NCBI GenBank assembly: GCA_009919275.1
Contig: RGCG01000003.1
Span: forward strand, 5,455 to 69,454
Reading direction: 5' to 3'
DNA from: Actinomycetota bacterium
GTDB lineage: Bacteria; Actinomycetota; Acidimicrobiia; Acidimicrobiales; Ilumatobacteraceae
Length of the DNA stretch: 64,000 bases
The notes under the pieces were generated by a model. It did not search any database and had not been told where the DNA came from. It saw only the letters and a list, made by a program, of their open reading frames with translations. Every line of letters begins with the position of its first letter. The first letter of the stretch is position 1. Of the stretch, positions 9,917 to 19,633 are shown in pieces. The position numbers were made by a program, and so were the translations under genes.

Positions 9917-10622
9917 GGTAACCGATCTCCGAGTCGCCTACGGCAAGATCGAGGCGTTGAAGGGTGTTTCATTCACCGTCAACGAGGGCGAAATCGTGAC
10001 CCTTGTCGGTGCCAACGGTGCCGGCAAGACCACGACCATGCGCACCGTGTCGGGTCTGCGCACGGTCATCGGTGGGTCGATCAAATTCGAAGGCCAGGAC
10101 ATCACCAACATGCCGTCGCACCAGCGAGTGAAGCTGGGCATCTGTCAGTCTCCCGAGGGTCGCGGAATTTTCCCCGGAATGAGCGTCAGGGAAAATCTCG
10201 ACATGGGCACTTACACGCGCGCCGACCACAAGTCGGCCGCGAAGAACGAAGACATGGAACGGGTGATGCACCTGTTCCCGCGTTTGCGCGAGCGCATCTC
10301 GCAGATGGGTGGAACACTCTCGGGTGGCGAACAGCAGATGCTCGCAATCGGACGTGCACTGATGAGCCGTCCGCGTCTCTTGCTGCTCGACGAGCCATCG
10401 ATGGGGCTTGCACCGAAGTTGATCGCCCAAATCTTTTCGATCATCACCGAGATCAACCAGCAGGGGACAACGGTCCTTCTGGTCGAACAAAACGCCGCGC
10501 AGGCGCTGCGCCGGGCACATCGTGCCTATGTGCTCGAAACGGGGAACGTGGTGAAGACCGGCAAGGGGATCGAACTGCTCGACGACCCGGCCGTTCGAGC
10601 CGCGTATCTCGGCGGTCACTAG
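9906..10622 (+). CDS. livF: Branched-chain amino-acid ABC transporter ATP-binding protein (LivF type)
   Basis: [37 protein letters not shown] and LLLDEPSMGLAP are present. The ATG at 9906 is in the frame of the 9879 ORF. Confidence 0.85.
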   Translation: MLLEVTDLRVAYGKIEALKGVSFTVNEGEIVTLVGANGAGKTTTMRTVSGLRTVIGGSIKFEGQDITNMPSHQRVKLGICQSPEGRGIFPGMSVRENLDMGTYTRADHKSAAKNEDMERVMHLFPRLRERISQMGGTLSGGEQQMLAIGRALMSRPRLLLLDEPSMGLAPKLIAQIFSIITEINQQGTTVLLVEQNAAQALRRAHRAYVLETGNVVKTGKGIELLDDPAVRAAYLGGH

Positions 10623-10631
10623 GCTGGTCGC

Positions 10632-11972
10632 ATGACCAGTCTCGAGACACGCCCGTCCGACGCCTTCACCAACGATCGCAAGCACGTCTTCCACTCGTGG
10701 TCGGCACAGGGGCTCATCAACCCCATCGTCGTCGCGGGTGGCCAGGGCGCGTGGTTCTGGGACGACGCGGGGCGTCGTTATCTCGACTTTTCCAGCCAGT
10801 TGGTCAACGTCAACATTGGCCACCAGCATCCCAAGTTGGTGGCGGCCATCAAGGAACAAGCCGATCGCCTGTGTACCATCGCCCCGATTCACGCGAACGA
10901 CGCACGCAGCGAAGCTGCGCGTTTGATCGCCGAGGTCGCTCCCGGCGACCTGAACATGGTCTTCTTCACCAACGGCGGTGCCGAGGCCACCGAAAACGCG
11001 ATGCGCATGGCGCGCCTGCACACCGGTCGCCACAAGATCCTCACGACCTACCGCAGTTACCACGGCGCGACCGCGGGTGCGATCCAGGCAACCGGCGACC
11101 CCCGCCGCTGGCCAAGCGAGCCCGCATCGACGGGTGTTGTGAAGTTCTGGGGCCCGTATCCATATCGCTCGCAGTTTCATTCGCAGAACGAGGCCGAGGA
11201 GTCGCAGCGCGCGCTTCAACACCTCGAAGACGTCATCATGGTCGAGGGCGCGAACAACATCGCGGCGATCATGATCGAGAGCGTGGTCGGTACGAACGGC
11301 ATTCTCGTGCCGCCCCCGGGTTACCTCGCCGGCGTCCGCGCGATCTGTGACCGCAATGGCATCGTGCTGATTTGCGACGAGGTCATGGCCGGCTTCGGTC
11401 GGTGCGGCGAATGGTTCGCAGTCGACCGTTGGAACGTCGTCCCCGACCTCATCTGTTTCGCCAAGGGCGTCAACTCCGGCTACGTGCCCCTCGGTGGAGT
11501 CATCATCTCCGACAAAATTGCGGCAACTTTCCGCGAGCGCCAGTTCCCGGGCGGGCTCACCTACAGTGGCCACCCACTGGCCTGCGCATCTGCCGTTGCG
11601 TCTATCAATATCTTCAAGGAAGAAAAGATCGTCGAGCACGCTCGGCACCTCGGTAACGACATCGTCGGTCCAGAGCTGCAGAAACTGAAGGACAAGCACC
11701 CGTCGGTTGGTGATGTGCGTGGTCTCGGCGTGTTCTGGGCCATCGAGTTGGTGCGCGACCGCGTCACCCGTGAACCGCTGGTGCCGTTCAACGCCGCCGG
11801 CGCCGACAACAAGCCCATGGTCGACCTCATCACCGCCTGCAAGGCCCAGAATCTGTGGCCTTTTACGCACTTCAACCGCATGCACGTCGTCCCGCCGCTG
11901 GTCATCACCGACCAAGAGATGCGCGACGGTCTCGCCATCATCGACGAGGCGCTCAACGTCGCCCCTCGGTGA
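10632..11972 (+). CDS. Class III (omega) aminotransferase. Given its context it is a candidate beta-alanine:pyruvate/2-oxoglutarate aminotransferase.
   Basis: Motifs FFTNGGAEATENA, DEVMAGFGRCG and FAKGVNSGYVPLGG (PLP lysine) are present, and the 446-aa length is typical. Confidence 0.8.
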   Translation: MTSLETRPSDAFTNDRKHVFHSWSAQGLINPIVVAGGQGAWFWDDAGRRYLDFSSQLVNVNIGHQHPKLVAAIKEQADRLCTIAPIHANDARSEAARLIAEVAPGDLNMVFFTNGGAEATENAMRMARLHTGRHKILTTYRSYHGATAGAIQATGDPRRWPSEPASTGVVKFWGPYPYRSQFHSQNEAEESQRALQHLEDVIMVEGANNIAAIMIESVVGTNGILVPPPGYLAGVRAICDRNGIVLICDEVMAGFGRCGEWFAVDRWNVVPDLICFAKGVNSGYVPLGGVIISDKIAATFRERQFPGGLTYSGHPLACASAVASINIFKEEKIVEHARHLGNDIVGPELQKLKDKHPSVGDVRGLGVFWAIELVRDRVTREPLVPFNAAGADNKPMVDLITACKAQNLWPFTHFNRMHVVPPLVITDQEMRDGLAIIDEALNVAPR

Positions 11973-13101
11973 CGATGTCGTTGGTGTATGCCTCTGCGTC
12001 AGGAGCCTTGGTGAGGACGGTCTTGCCCTCGAGGTTCTTCGTCTCCTGAGCAAGTGCTGCGGTGCGGTCCCACGCTGCTGCGTCGATTGCACCCACGCCA
12101 CCGGACGCCGGCCAGATGAGTTTGTTGACTTCGTTCATCTGCCACAGCTGGTGGCTGTTGCCCAACTTCGAACCCTTGGCAACGACGATGTCGCGGCACG
12201 ACTCGGCGTTGTCGCGGCAGTAGGCCCAACCCTTCAGTGAGGCGGCAACGAACTTGACGGCGGTGGCCTTGTAGGCCTCGTCGCTCGCAAGCTTCTCACC
12301 GCTCGCCCAGATGGCATCCTGCAACATGCCCACGCCCTCGGCCTCGTACGAAACGACGTTCAGGTCTTCGGGCTTGTAGAGCTCGCCGGTTTCGGGGTTC
12401 TTCGCCTCGAGAACCTGTGCGTACTCGTTGTAGGTCATTGCTTCGGCAGCATCGATGTCACCGGCGAGAAGCGCGGCCATGTCGAATTGCTGCTGGACGA
12501 GCTCGACGTCCTTTGCGGGGTCGAGACCGGCCTTCGTGAGGGCGGCGAAGATTTCGAACTCGTTGCCGAAGCCCCAGTTACCGATCTTCTTGCCCTTGAA
12601 GTCCGCGGCCGAAGTGATGGCCTTGTCCTTGAACGACACCTGCAACGTGCCCGAGCGCTGGAACACCTGAGCGATGTTCACAATGTTCGCACCGGCCTCG
12701 CGGCTGGCGAGTGCCTTCGGAACCCACGAGAGGGCGAAGTCGACGGCACCGTCGGCCAGCTGCTGCTGGGGAACGATGTCGACGCCGCCTTCGACGATCT
12801 CGACGTCGAGGCACTGGTCTGCGTAGTAGCCCTGGTCCTGTGCGGCGAAGTAGCCGGCGAACTGGGCTTGGATGAACCACTGCAGTTGCAGCTTCACTTT
12901 GGTCGGCTCGGTGCACTCCGCGGCAGCAGCAGCCGTGGTGTCGGCGGTGGCGGTGGTGTCACCGGTCGCCGTCGTCTCCTCGGTTGCGGCCGTGGTGTCG
13001 GCGGTGGATTCGCCCGAATCGTTGTCGTCACCGCATGCCGCGGCAACGAGCGACAGGGCAACGGCACCGACCGCGAGCCTCTTCACTAGACGGTTCTTCA
13101 T
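11953..13101 (-). CDS. NMT1/THI5-like (NitT/TauT-family) ABC substrate-binding lipoprotein
   Basis: I chose the internal ATG at 13099-13101, preceded by GGGAGGAA. The lipobox is SLVAAAC, followed by a T/A-rich linker. The sequence then reads KLQLQWFIQAQFAGYFAA..., typical of this SBP family. It is the last gene of the operon. Confidence 0.8.
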   Translation of the reverse strand: MKNRLVKRLAVGAVALSLVAAACGDDNDSGESTADTTAATEETTATGDTTATADTTAAAAAECTEPTKVKLQLQWFIQAQFAGYFAAQDQGYYADQCLDVEIVEGGVDIVPQQQLADGAVDFALSWVPKALASREAGANIVNIAQVFQRSGTLQVSFKDKAITSAADFKGKKIGNWGFGNEFEIFAALTKAGLDPAKDVELVQQQFDMAALLAGDIDAAEAMTYNEYAQVLEAKNPETGELYKPEDLNVVSYEAEGVGMLQDAIWASGEKLASDEAYKATAVKFVAASLKGWAYCRDNAESCRDIVVAKGSKLGNSHQLWQMNEVNKLIWPASGGVGAIDAAAWDRTAALAQETKNLEGKTVLTKAPDAEAYTNDIVTEGRR

Positions 13102-13169
13102 GTGTGTTGTATTCCTCCCCGCGGGGGTGTCCCGCTGTCTTTGTTTGTTGGTTGTGATGGTCGGGGCGT

Positions 13170-13949
13170 TCATTGTGAACGTCCCGAAGTGCGCTTCGCG
13201 CCGCCGGGTGTAGCGGCGCTCTCCACGATGATGGAGACCAAATAGAACGCAAGGCCCAGGAGGCACGCGCCAAGGACGTAGGCCCAGGCGGCGGCGTTCT
13301 TCGAATTTGCGATGTTGCTCGTGATCCGACTGCCGAGTCCGTTCTGTGCGCCGCCGAAGTATTCGGAGACGAAAGCGGTGATGACCGCCGCGGGTGCAGA
13401 GATCTTGAGGGCGGTGAACAGGTAGGGAATGGCGTTGGGGACCCGCACCTTGCGGAGGATCGCGGACTCCGGGGCGGCGTAGGAACGCATGAGTTCCAGT
13501 TGCGTCGGGCTGACCTGCGTGAGGCCTTTTGCCACGTTGACGAGAACGATGAAGTAGACGACGAGCGTGACCATCAGTCGGCGCGGGATCTCGCTCGTGA
13601 TGCTGTACATGTTGTTGAGGACGGCGACGAGAACGAAGATCGGGATTGCATTCAACGCGATGGCAAGGGGTGTGACAATGTCGCCGAGGATCTTGTATCG
13701 GCTGAGGAGAAAACTCATTGCGATGCCGAGGATGGTTCCGGCGATGAGACCGACGAGGGCGTTGGTTCCCGACACGCGCGTGGCCTCCCAGATGAGGCTC
13801 TTGTTGTTGGCGAACTGGTCCCAGATCTTCGAGGGGGCGGAGAGGAAGTAGGGCTTCAGGTCGAAGATCTTGACGGCGGCCTCCCACCAAGCGACGAAGG
13901 CGACGCCGAACACGATCGGCGGCAGCACGGCGCGAAGGCGGGCAATCAT
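13170..13949 (-). CDS. ABC transporter permease (NitT/TauT family)
   Basis: The protein is multi-TM with an EAA-like loop (ELMRSYAAPESAILRKVRVPNAIPYLFTALK). Confidence 0.8.
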   Translation of the reverse strand: MIARLRAVLPPIVFGVAFVAWWEAAVKIFDLKPYFLSAPSKIWDQFANNKSLIWEATRVSGTNALVGLIAGTILGIAMSFLLSRYKILGDIVTPLAIALNAIPIFVLVAVLNNMYSITSEIPRRLMVTLVVYFIVLVNVAKGLTQVSPTQLELMRSYAAPESAILRKVRVPNAIPYLFTALKISAPAAVITAFVSEYFGGAQNGLGSRITSNIANSKNAAAWAYVLGACLLGLAFYLVSIIVESAATPGGAKRTSGRSQ

Positions 13950-14752
13950 CAGCGGTCCTCGACTCCCGCTCCGGCGTGGGCGTGACCGCCGCCCGCACGG
14001 AGCGCTTCGCGCACGGAGGTGATGGCGGCGAAGAACTCGGGACGCTCGCGGGTGGATTCGTTTCGCTGGCCGTCGAGCTTCACGTCGACGATCTTGGTGA
14101 TGCGACCCGGACGTGGCGACATGACGACCACTCGGTTCGAGAGGTAGACGGCCTCGGGGATCGAGTGTGTGACGAAGACAACCGTCGTACCGGTCTTTGC
14201 GCAGATGCTGAGCAGTTCTGCCTGCATGTGTTCGCGCGTCATTTCATCGAGCGCGCCAAACGGCTCGTCCATGAGGAGCAACGGCGGATGCGCGGCGAGT
14301 GCGCGCGCGATGGCGACGCGCTGTTGCATGCCTCCCGACAACTGCCACGGGAAGTGGCCGGAAAACTCGGGAAGCTTGACGAGATCGAGCATTTCCTTCG
14401 CCCGTGCCTCGCGCTTCGTCTTGTCCCAGCCCTTCAGCTCGAGGGGCAGTTCGATGTTCTTGGAGACCGTACGCCAGTCGAAGAGCCCGGCTTGCTGGAA
14501 GGCCATGCCGTAGTCCTGGTCGAGGCGTGCCTGCTTGGCCGACTTTCCTGCCACAACGACATCACCCGACGTTGGTTCAAGAAGATTTGCTATCAGCCTG
14601 AGGAGCGTCGACTTGCCGCAGCCCGACGGACCGATGAGCGAGACGAACTCTCCCTGTTCGACGGAAAGCGACACGTCGACAAGGGCGTCGACCTGGTTGG
14701 TCTGGCCCTTGTTGAAGATCTTGTTCAGATTGCTGACGTTGACTGTTGACAT
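13949..14752 (-). CDS. ABC transporter ATP-binding protein (NitT/TauT family)
   Basis: GPSGCGKST, LSGGMQQRVAIARAL and LLMDEPFGALD are present. Confidence 0.9.
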   Translation of the reverse strand: MSTVNVSNLNKIFNKGQTNQVDALVDVSLSVEQGEFVSLIGPSGCGKSTLLRLIANLLEPTSGDVVVAGKSAKQARLDQDYGMAFQQAGLFDWRTVSKNIELPLELKGWDKTKREARAKEMLDLVKLPEFSGHFPWQLSGGMQQRVAIARALAAHPPLLLMDEPFGALDEMTREHMQAELLSICAKTGTTVVFVTHSIPEAVYLSNRVVVMSPRPGRITKIVDVKLDGQRNESTRERPEFFAAITSVREALRAGGGHAHAGAGVEDR

Positions 14753-14776
14753 CGTTCGTTCCGTTCTTCCCGACCG

Positions 14777-15655
14777 TTACGTCGCCTCTTTGGGGCGGTT
14801 GCGCATGACATAAAGGTCGAAAGCGGCGACCAGACCGGCCATGGCGAGACCCAGGAGTGCGGCACCGAAGACCGCTGTGAAGACCTTGGCGGGGTCGCCC
14901 GTTGCCTCGCGCGCGTACTCAATGATGAGTCGACCGATGCCACCTTTCAGTCCCGTCGAGATTTCGGCAACTACGACGCCGATGACCGACGCTGACGCTG
15001 CGAGCTTGAAAGCCGGGACCATGAAGGGAATCGCAGAGGGAAAGCGGAGTCGGAAGAGAGTCTGGGTCCACGATGCCGCATACGAGTCCATCAATTCGAG
15101 CGATGCGTGATTGGCCGACGAGAGGCCGCGCAGGGTGCCAACCGCGACGGGAAAGAAGGCCAGAAACGCACCGAGGACCGATGCCGACAGCCATCGTGGC
15201 CATTCGTAGCCGAACACCTCGAGCTTGCCGCCCCAAGAGACGACGAGCGGTGCGAGCGCGATGAGGGGCACCGTTTGGGAAACGACGAGGTAGGGGAGAA
15301 GACCACGCTCGACGACCTTGAAACGAGCCATCAAAGTCGCGAGAAGCACACCAACGGTGGTGCCGATTGCGAATCCGACCAGCGAGAGGCGAAACGAGAA
15401 CCATGCACCGGCAAGGACGACTCGCCAGATTTTGCGTTCGGATGAACGCAGTTCGGGGCGGTTGTACCGCGACAACATGTCCCAGATGTGGGGCATCGCG
15501 CGGTCGTTCGACCGCGGAAGGATGTTGATGCCGAGGAGTGCGCCACCGTCCTCGGGGCCGACGACCTTGTACAGCTCCCACAGGGCGGCGACGAAGAGCA
15601 ACGCAACGACGAACATCGATGACCGACGGACGATGCGTTGCGCGAGGGGGCTCAT
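14777..15655 (-). CDS. ABC transporter permease (NitT/TauT family), second copy
   Basis: The protein is multi-TM with an EAA-like loop (LELMDSYAASWTQTLFRLRFPSAIPFMVPAFK). Confidence 0.8.
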   Translation of the reverse strand: MSPLAQRIVRRSSMFVVALLFVAALWELYKVVGPEDGGALLGINILPRSNDRAMPHIWDMLSRYNRPELRSSERKIWRVVLAGAWFSFRLSLVGFAIGTTVGVLLATLMARFKVVERGLLPYLVVSQTVPLIALAPLVVSWGGKLEVFGYEWPRWLSASVLGAFLAFFPVAVGTLRGLSSANHASLELMDSYAASWTQTLFRLRFPSAIPFMVPAFKLAASASVIGVVVAEISTGLKGGIGRLIIEYAREATGDPAKVFTAVFGAALLGLAMAGLVAAFDLYVMRNRPKEAT

Positions 15656-16668
15656 TGCTTGGCTTTCACCGATTCCGCGAGCATCGGCATGATGCGCTCG
15701 CCGTACGCCTCGAGGGTTGAGTCCTTGCCGTCGTGTTGCAGATAGATGGAGAACTGGTCAACGCCGAGCGCCTCGAGCTCACGCAGTCGCGCAACGTGTT
15801 GCTCGGGGGTTCCGAGGATGCAGAAGCGGTCGACGATCTCATCGGGCACGAACGTGGTGTGACTGTTTCCCGCTCGGCCGTGCTCGTTGTAGTCGTATCC
15901 CTCGCGACCCTTGATGTAGTCGGTGAGGGCCTTTGGAACCTCGGAGTTTTCGCCGTAGCGCGCGACGATGTCGGCGACGTGGTTGCCCACCATGCCGCCG
16001 AACCAGCGGCACTGGTCGCGCATGTGCGCCATGTCGGTGCCCACGTAGGCGGGCGCCGCGACGCAGATCTTCACCGACTTCGGGTCGCGGCCCGCTGCCG
16101 CAGCAGCATCGCGGACCGCCTTGATCGTCCAGGCCGTGATGCTGGGGTCGGCGAGCTGCAGGATGAACCCGTCACCCACCTCACCCGTCAACTGCAGGGC
16201 CTTCGGGCCGTAGGCGGCAACCCAGACTTCGGCGCGGCTCTTGCCTGCCCACGGAAACCGAATTTCCGAACCGTTGTACTGCACACCGCGACCGTTGGCG
16301 AGCTCACGGATGACGTGGATGCTGTCGCGCAGGGTCGCAAGCGTCGTGGGCTTGCCGTTCGTGACGCGTACCGCCGAGTCGCCGCGCCCGATGCCGATGA
16401 TCGTGCGGTTGCCGTACATCTCGTTCAATGTCGCAAAGAGGCTGGCCGTGACGGTCCAGTCACGCGTCGCCGGGTTCGTGACCATCGGACCAACGATCAC
16501 GTTGTTCGTCGAGTCGAGGATTTTCGAATAGATGGGGTAGGGCTCTTCCCACAGAATGTGACTGTCGAAGGTCCACACGTGGGTGAAGCCGAAAGCCTCG
16601 GCTCGCTTGGCGAGTTCGATGACGCGCGCCGCCGGCGGCGTCGTTTGAAGCACGACTCCGAGATCCAT
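15652..16668 (-). CDS. Luciferase-like monooxygenase (LLM) family oxidoreductase, probably F420-dependent
   Basis: The length is 338 aa. The TIM-barrel LLM N-terminus is MDLGVVLQT...AEAFGFTHVWTFDSH, followed by GIGRGDSAVR and YGPKALQLTGEVGDGFILQ. It overlaps the downstream permease by 4 nt. Confidence 0.7.
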   Translation of the reverse strand: MDLGVVLQTTPPAARVIELAKRAEAFGFTHVWTFDSHILWEEPYPIYSKILDSTNNVIVGPMVTNPATRDWTVTASLFATLNEMYGNRTIIGIGRGDSAVRVTNGKPTTLATLRDSIHVIRELANGRGVQYNGSEIRFPWAGKSRAEVWVAAYGPKALQLTGEVGDGFILQLADPSITAWTIKAVRDAAAAAGRDPKSVKICVAAPAYVGTDMAHMRDQCRWFGGMVGNHVADIVARYGENSEVPKALTDYIKGREGYDYNEHGRAGNSHTTFVPDEIVDRFCILGTPEQHVARLRELEALGVDQFSIYLQHDGKDSTLEAYGERIMPMLAESVKAKQ

Positions 16669-16692
16669 GAGATGCCCCCTTTCGATTTTCGA

Positions 16693-18177
16693 CTAGCGGT
16701 TTTGCGGGAAGCCGAGGTCGACCTTTGACGTCCGCGGATCGGGCCAGCGTGACGTGACCACCTTGCTGCGCGTGAAGAAGTTGATTCCCTCGGGACCGTA
16801 CATGTGCTGGTCGCCGAAGAGCGATGCCTTCCAGCCACCGAACGAGTAGTACGACACCGGCACCGGAATCGGGACGTTGATGCCGACCATCCCGACATTG
16901 ATGTCGAACTGGAACTGGCGTGCCACACCGCCATCGCGAGTGAAGATCGCGGTGCCGTTTCCGTACTGGTTCGAGTTGATGAGGTTGACTCCCTCGTCAT
17001 AGCTGGAAACACGCACGACGGTGAGTACCGGACCGAAGATTTCGTCGTCGTAGCAGGCCATGCCGGGCTTCGCGTTGTCGATGAGGCTCGGCTTCAGGAA
17101 GAAACCGTCCTTTGGTGCGCCCTCGCGACCGTCGACCACTACCTTCGCACCCTGGGTGGCCGCGCCCGCAACGTAACCGGCAACTTTGTCGCGGTGCTCA
17201 CCGGTGATGAGCGGACCCATCTCGTTGCCGGGCTCGTCGCCGGGACCCACCTTGATGTTCGGGATGCGCTCCTGAATCTTGCTGACAAGGGAGTCGGCGA
17301 CGGTCTCGTGGGCGAGAAGAACCGAGATCGCCATGCAGCGCTCACCTGCCGATCCGTATGCCGCGCTCACCGCGGCGTCGGCCGCCATGTCGAGGTCGGC
17401 GTCGGGAAGCACCAACATGTGGTTCTTGGCGCCACCGAGGGCCTGCACGCGCTTGCCGTTGCGTGTCCCGGTTTCGTAGATGTACTTCGCAATCGGTGTG
17501 GAACCGACGAACGACACCGCGGCGATGTCGGGGTGTTCGAGCAGTCGATCGACTGCAACCTTGTCGCCGTGAACGATGTTGTAGACGCCGTCGGGGAGGC
17601 CCGCCTGCTTCAGTAGTTCGGCGACGAACATGGTCACCGACGGATCTTTTTCGCTGGGCTTCAGGACGAAAGTGTTGCCGCAGGCGAGGGCGGTCGAGAA
17701 CATCCACATCGGCACCATCGCCGGGAAGTTGAAGGGCGTGATGCCGGCGACGACACCGAGGGGCTGGCGGATGTTGTAGACATCGACACCCGACGAGGCC
17801 TGTTCGCTGTATGAACCCTTCAGCAGGTGGGGAACGCCGCAGGCGAATTCGATGTTCTCGAGCCCACGGGCCACTTCGCCCAAGGCGTCGGAGATGACCT
17901 TGCCGTGCTCGAGCGACAACAAGGAGGCGATTTCCTTGCGGTTGGCGTCGATCAGTTCGCGCAGATTGAACATGATCTCGGCGCGACGCGACAGGTTGGT
18001 CGCCCGCCATGCCGGCAGGGCAGCCTTCGCGGTGGCAACTGCACGGTCGATCTCCGATACATCGGCGAAATCGACTTCGGCCTGCACTTCACCCGTCGCA
18101 GGATTGAAGACCTTGCCCGAACGACCCGATGCTCCGGTAACGACCTTGCCGTCGATCCAGTGGGAAACGCGCTTCAT
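16693..18177 (-). CDS. mmsA: CoA-acylating methylmalonate/malonate-semialdehyde dehydrogenase
   Basis: This is an aldehyde dehydrogenase with the catalytic Cys in GERCMA and the family hallmark VGINVPIPVPVSYYSFGGWKASLFGD. Confidence 0.9.
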   Translation of the reverse strand: MKRVSHWIDGKVVTGASGRSGKVFNPATGEVQAEVDFADVSEIDRAVATAKAALPAWRATNLSRRAEIMFNLRELIDANRKEIASLLSLEHGKVISDALGEVARGLENIEFACGVPHLLKGSYSEQASSGVDVYNIRQPLGVVAGITPFNFPAMVPMWMFSTALACGNTFVLKPSEKDPSVTMFVAELLKQAGLPDGVYNIVHGDKVAVDRLLEHPDIAAVSFVGSTPIAKYIYETGTRNGKRVQALGGAKNHMLVLPDADLDMAADAAVSAAYGSAGERCMAISVLLAHETVADSLVSKIQERIPNIKVGPGDEPGNEMGPLITGEHRDKVAGYVAGAATQGAKVVVDGREGAPKDGFFLKPSLIDNAKPGMACYDDEIFGPVLTVVRVSSYDEGVNLINSNQYGNGTAIFTRDGGVARQFQFDINVGMVGINVPIPVPVSYYSFGGWKASLFGDQHMYGPEGINFFTRSKVVTSRWPDPRTSKVDLGFPQNR

Positions 18178-18193
18178 CTTTTTCTCTTTTCTC

Positions 18194-19618
18194 TCAGTGC
18201 AGGTATTGGCTGAGACCGCGGCGGACGTACTTGCCGTGACCCTTGCGGCCGGTGAACTTGTCGTTTTCCATCACGATCATGCCGCGAGACATGACGGTGT
18301 CGACCTTGCCGTCGATGACCGTTCCCTCCCACGCGCTGTGGTCGGTGTTCATGTGGTGCTTGTCATTGATACCGATCTTGGTTTTCGAGTTCGGGTCCCA
18401 AATGACGATGTCGGCATCGGAGCCGGGCGCGATGATGCCTTTTTTCGGATACATGCCGAACATGCGCGCGGGTGTGGTGCAGCAGGTTTCGACCCAGCGC
18501 TCGAGGCTGATCTCGCCGAGAACGACGCCCTGGTAGATGAGCTCCATGCGGTGCTCGACTCCGGCGATGCCATTTGGAATCTTCGAGAAGTCGCCCATGC
18601 CGAGCTCCTTCTGATCCTTCATGCAGAAGGGGCAGTGATCCGTGGACACGATGGCGAGCTCGTTCATCCGCAGGCCCTTCCACAGGTCCTTGTGGTGATG
18701 TCTGTGATCGTGCTTCGAGCGGATGGGCGGGCTGCAGACGTACTTCGCGCCCTCGAAGCCGGGCTGGGCAAGATGATCTTCGAGCGTCATGTAGAGGTAT
18801 TGCGGGCAGGTTTCGGCAAAGACGTTGAGTCCCTCGTTCTGGGCCTGTGCCACTTCGTCGAGCGCCTCGGCCGCTGACATGTGCACGATGTACAGCGGAA
18901 CGTTGCCCGCAACCTTCGACAGGACAATTGCGCGGTGGGTGGCCTCGCCTTCGAGAAGGCTCGGTCGGCTGATCGAGTGGTACTTGGGATCGGTCTCGCG
19001 GCGTGCGAGGTGTTGGGCCACCAACACGTCGATGGCGATGCCGTTTTCGGCGTGCATCATGATGACGGCGCCGTTCTCGCTTGCGGTTTGCATCGCGCGC
19101 AGGATCTGACCGTCGTCGCTGTAGAAGACACCCGGGTACGCCATGAACAACTTGAATGACGTGACGCCTTCGTGTTCAACGAGATAGGTCATGTCCTTCA
19201 GCGATTGCTCGTCGATCCCTCCGATGATCTGGTGGAATGCGTAGTCGATGGAACAGTTGCCCTCGGCCTTGCGGTGCCACGTCGCAAGACCGTCCTGCAC
19301 GTTTTCGCCGTAGCGCTGCAGCGCCATGTCGACGATGGTGGTGATGCCGCCCCACGCCGCAGCATTGCTGCCGGTCTCGAACGTGTCGGAAGCTTCCGTG
19401 CCGCCGAAGGGCAATTCCATGTGGGTGTGGACATCGATGCCGCCAGGGATGATGTACTTGCCCTTGGCGTCGATGGTGCGATCGGCCGTGACGCCGAGCG
19501 CGGCAACTTGGCCGGGTTGGAAGATTGCCGCGATGGTTTCGCCCTCGACGAGGACATCCCCGGCGCTGAGGCCCGTCGGGCTGATGATCGTTCCGTTGAC
19601 GATGAGTGTGCGTGCCAT
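18194..19618 (-). CDS. Dihydropyrimidinase / D-hydantoinase (cyclic amidohydrolase)
   Basis: GGIDVHTHME (HxH), SFKLFMAY (carbamylated Lys region), MHAENG and VSTDHCPF are present. The length is 474 aa. Confidence 0.9.
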   Translation of the reverse strand: MARTLIVNGTIISPTGLSAGDVLVEGETIAAIFQPGQVAALGVTADRTIDAKGKYIIPGGIDVHTHMELPFGGTEASDTFETGSNAAAWGGITTIVDMALQRYGENVQDGLATWHRKAEGNCSIDYAFHQIIGGIDEQSLKDMTYLVEHEGVTSFKLFMAYPGVFYSDDGQILRAMQTASENGAVIMMHAENGIAIDVLVAQHLARRETDPKYHSISRPSLLEGEATHRAIVLSKVAGNVPLYIVHMSAAEALDEVAQAQNEGLNVFAETCPQYLYMTLEDHLAQPGFEGAKYVCSPPIRSKHDHRHHHKDLWKGLRMNELAIVSTDHCPFCMKDQKELGMGDFSKIPNGIAGVEHRMELIYQGVVLGEISLERWVETCCTTPARMFGMYPKKGIIAPGSDADIVIWDPNSKTKIGINDKHHMNTDHSAWEGTVIDGKVDTVMSRGMIVMENDKFTGRKGHGKYVRRGLSQYLH

Positions 19619-19633
19619 GTTTCCCCCTTGTGG

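Noticed and set aside
11953-11972. Two convergent gene pairs (11953-11972 and 47958-47977) each overlap by exactly 20 nt, which might suggest a shared element.
   Set aside because: The two overlap sequences (tcaacgtcgcccctcggtga versus tcaggaacgtggtgagttag) are unrelated. The equal length appears coincidental.
9969-12101. A 710-aa ORF antisense to livF and the aminotransferase. Similar very long antisense ORFs occur at 15733-16728, 17852-18877, 26832-27710, 28071-29045, 33991-35340, 36506-37540, 56301-58154, 58066-59799, 60913-62178 and 61175-63031.
   Set aside because: Their translations are Arg/Gly/His/Asp-rich with no recognisable motifs. Each lies opposite a gene with clear family signatures. 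Long stop-free antisense frames are expected in high-GC DNA.
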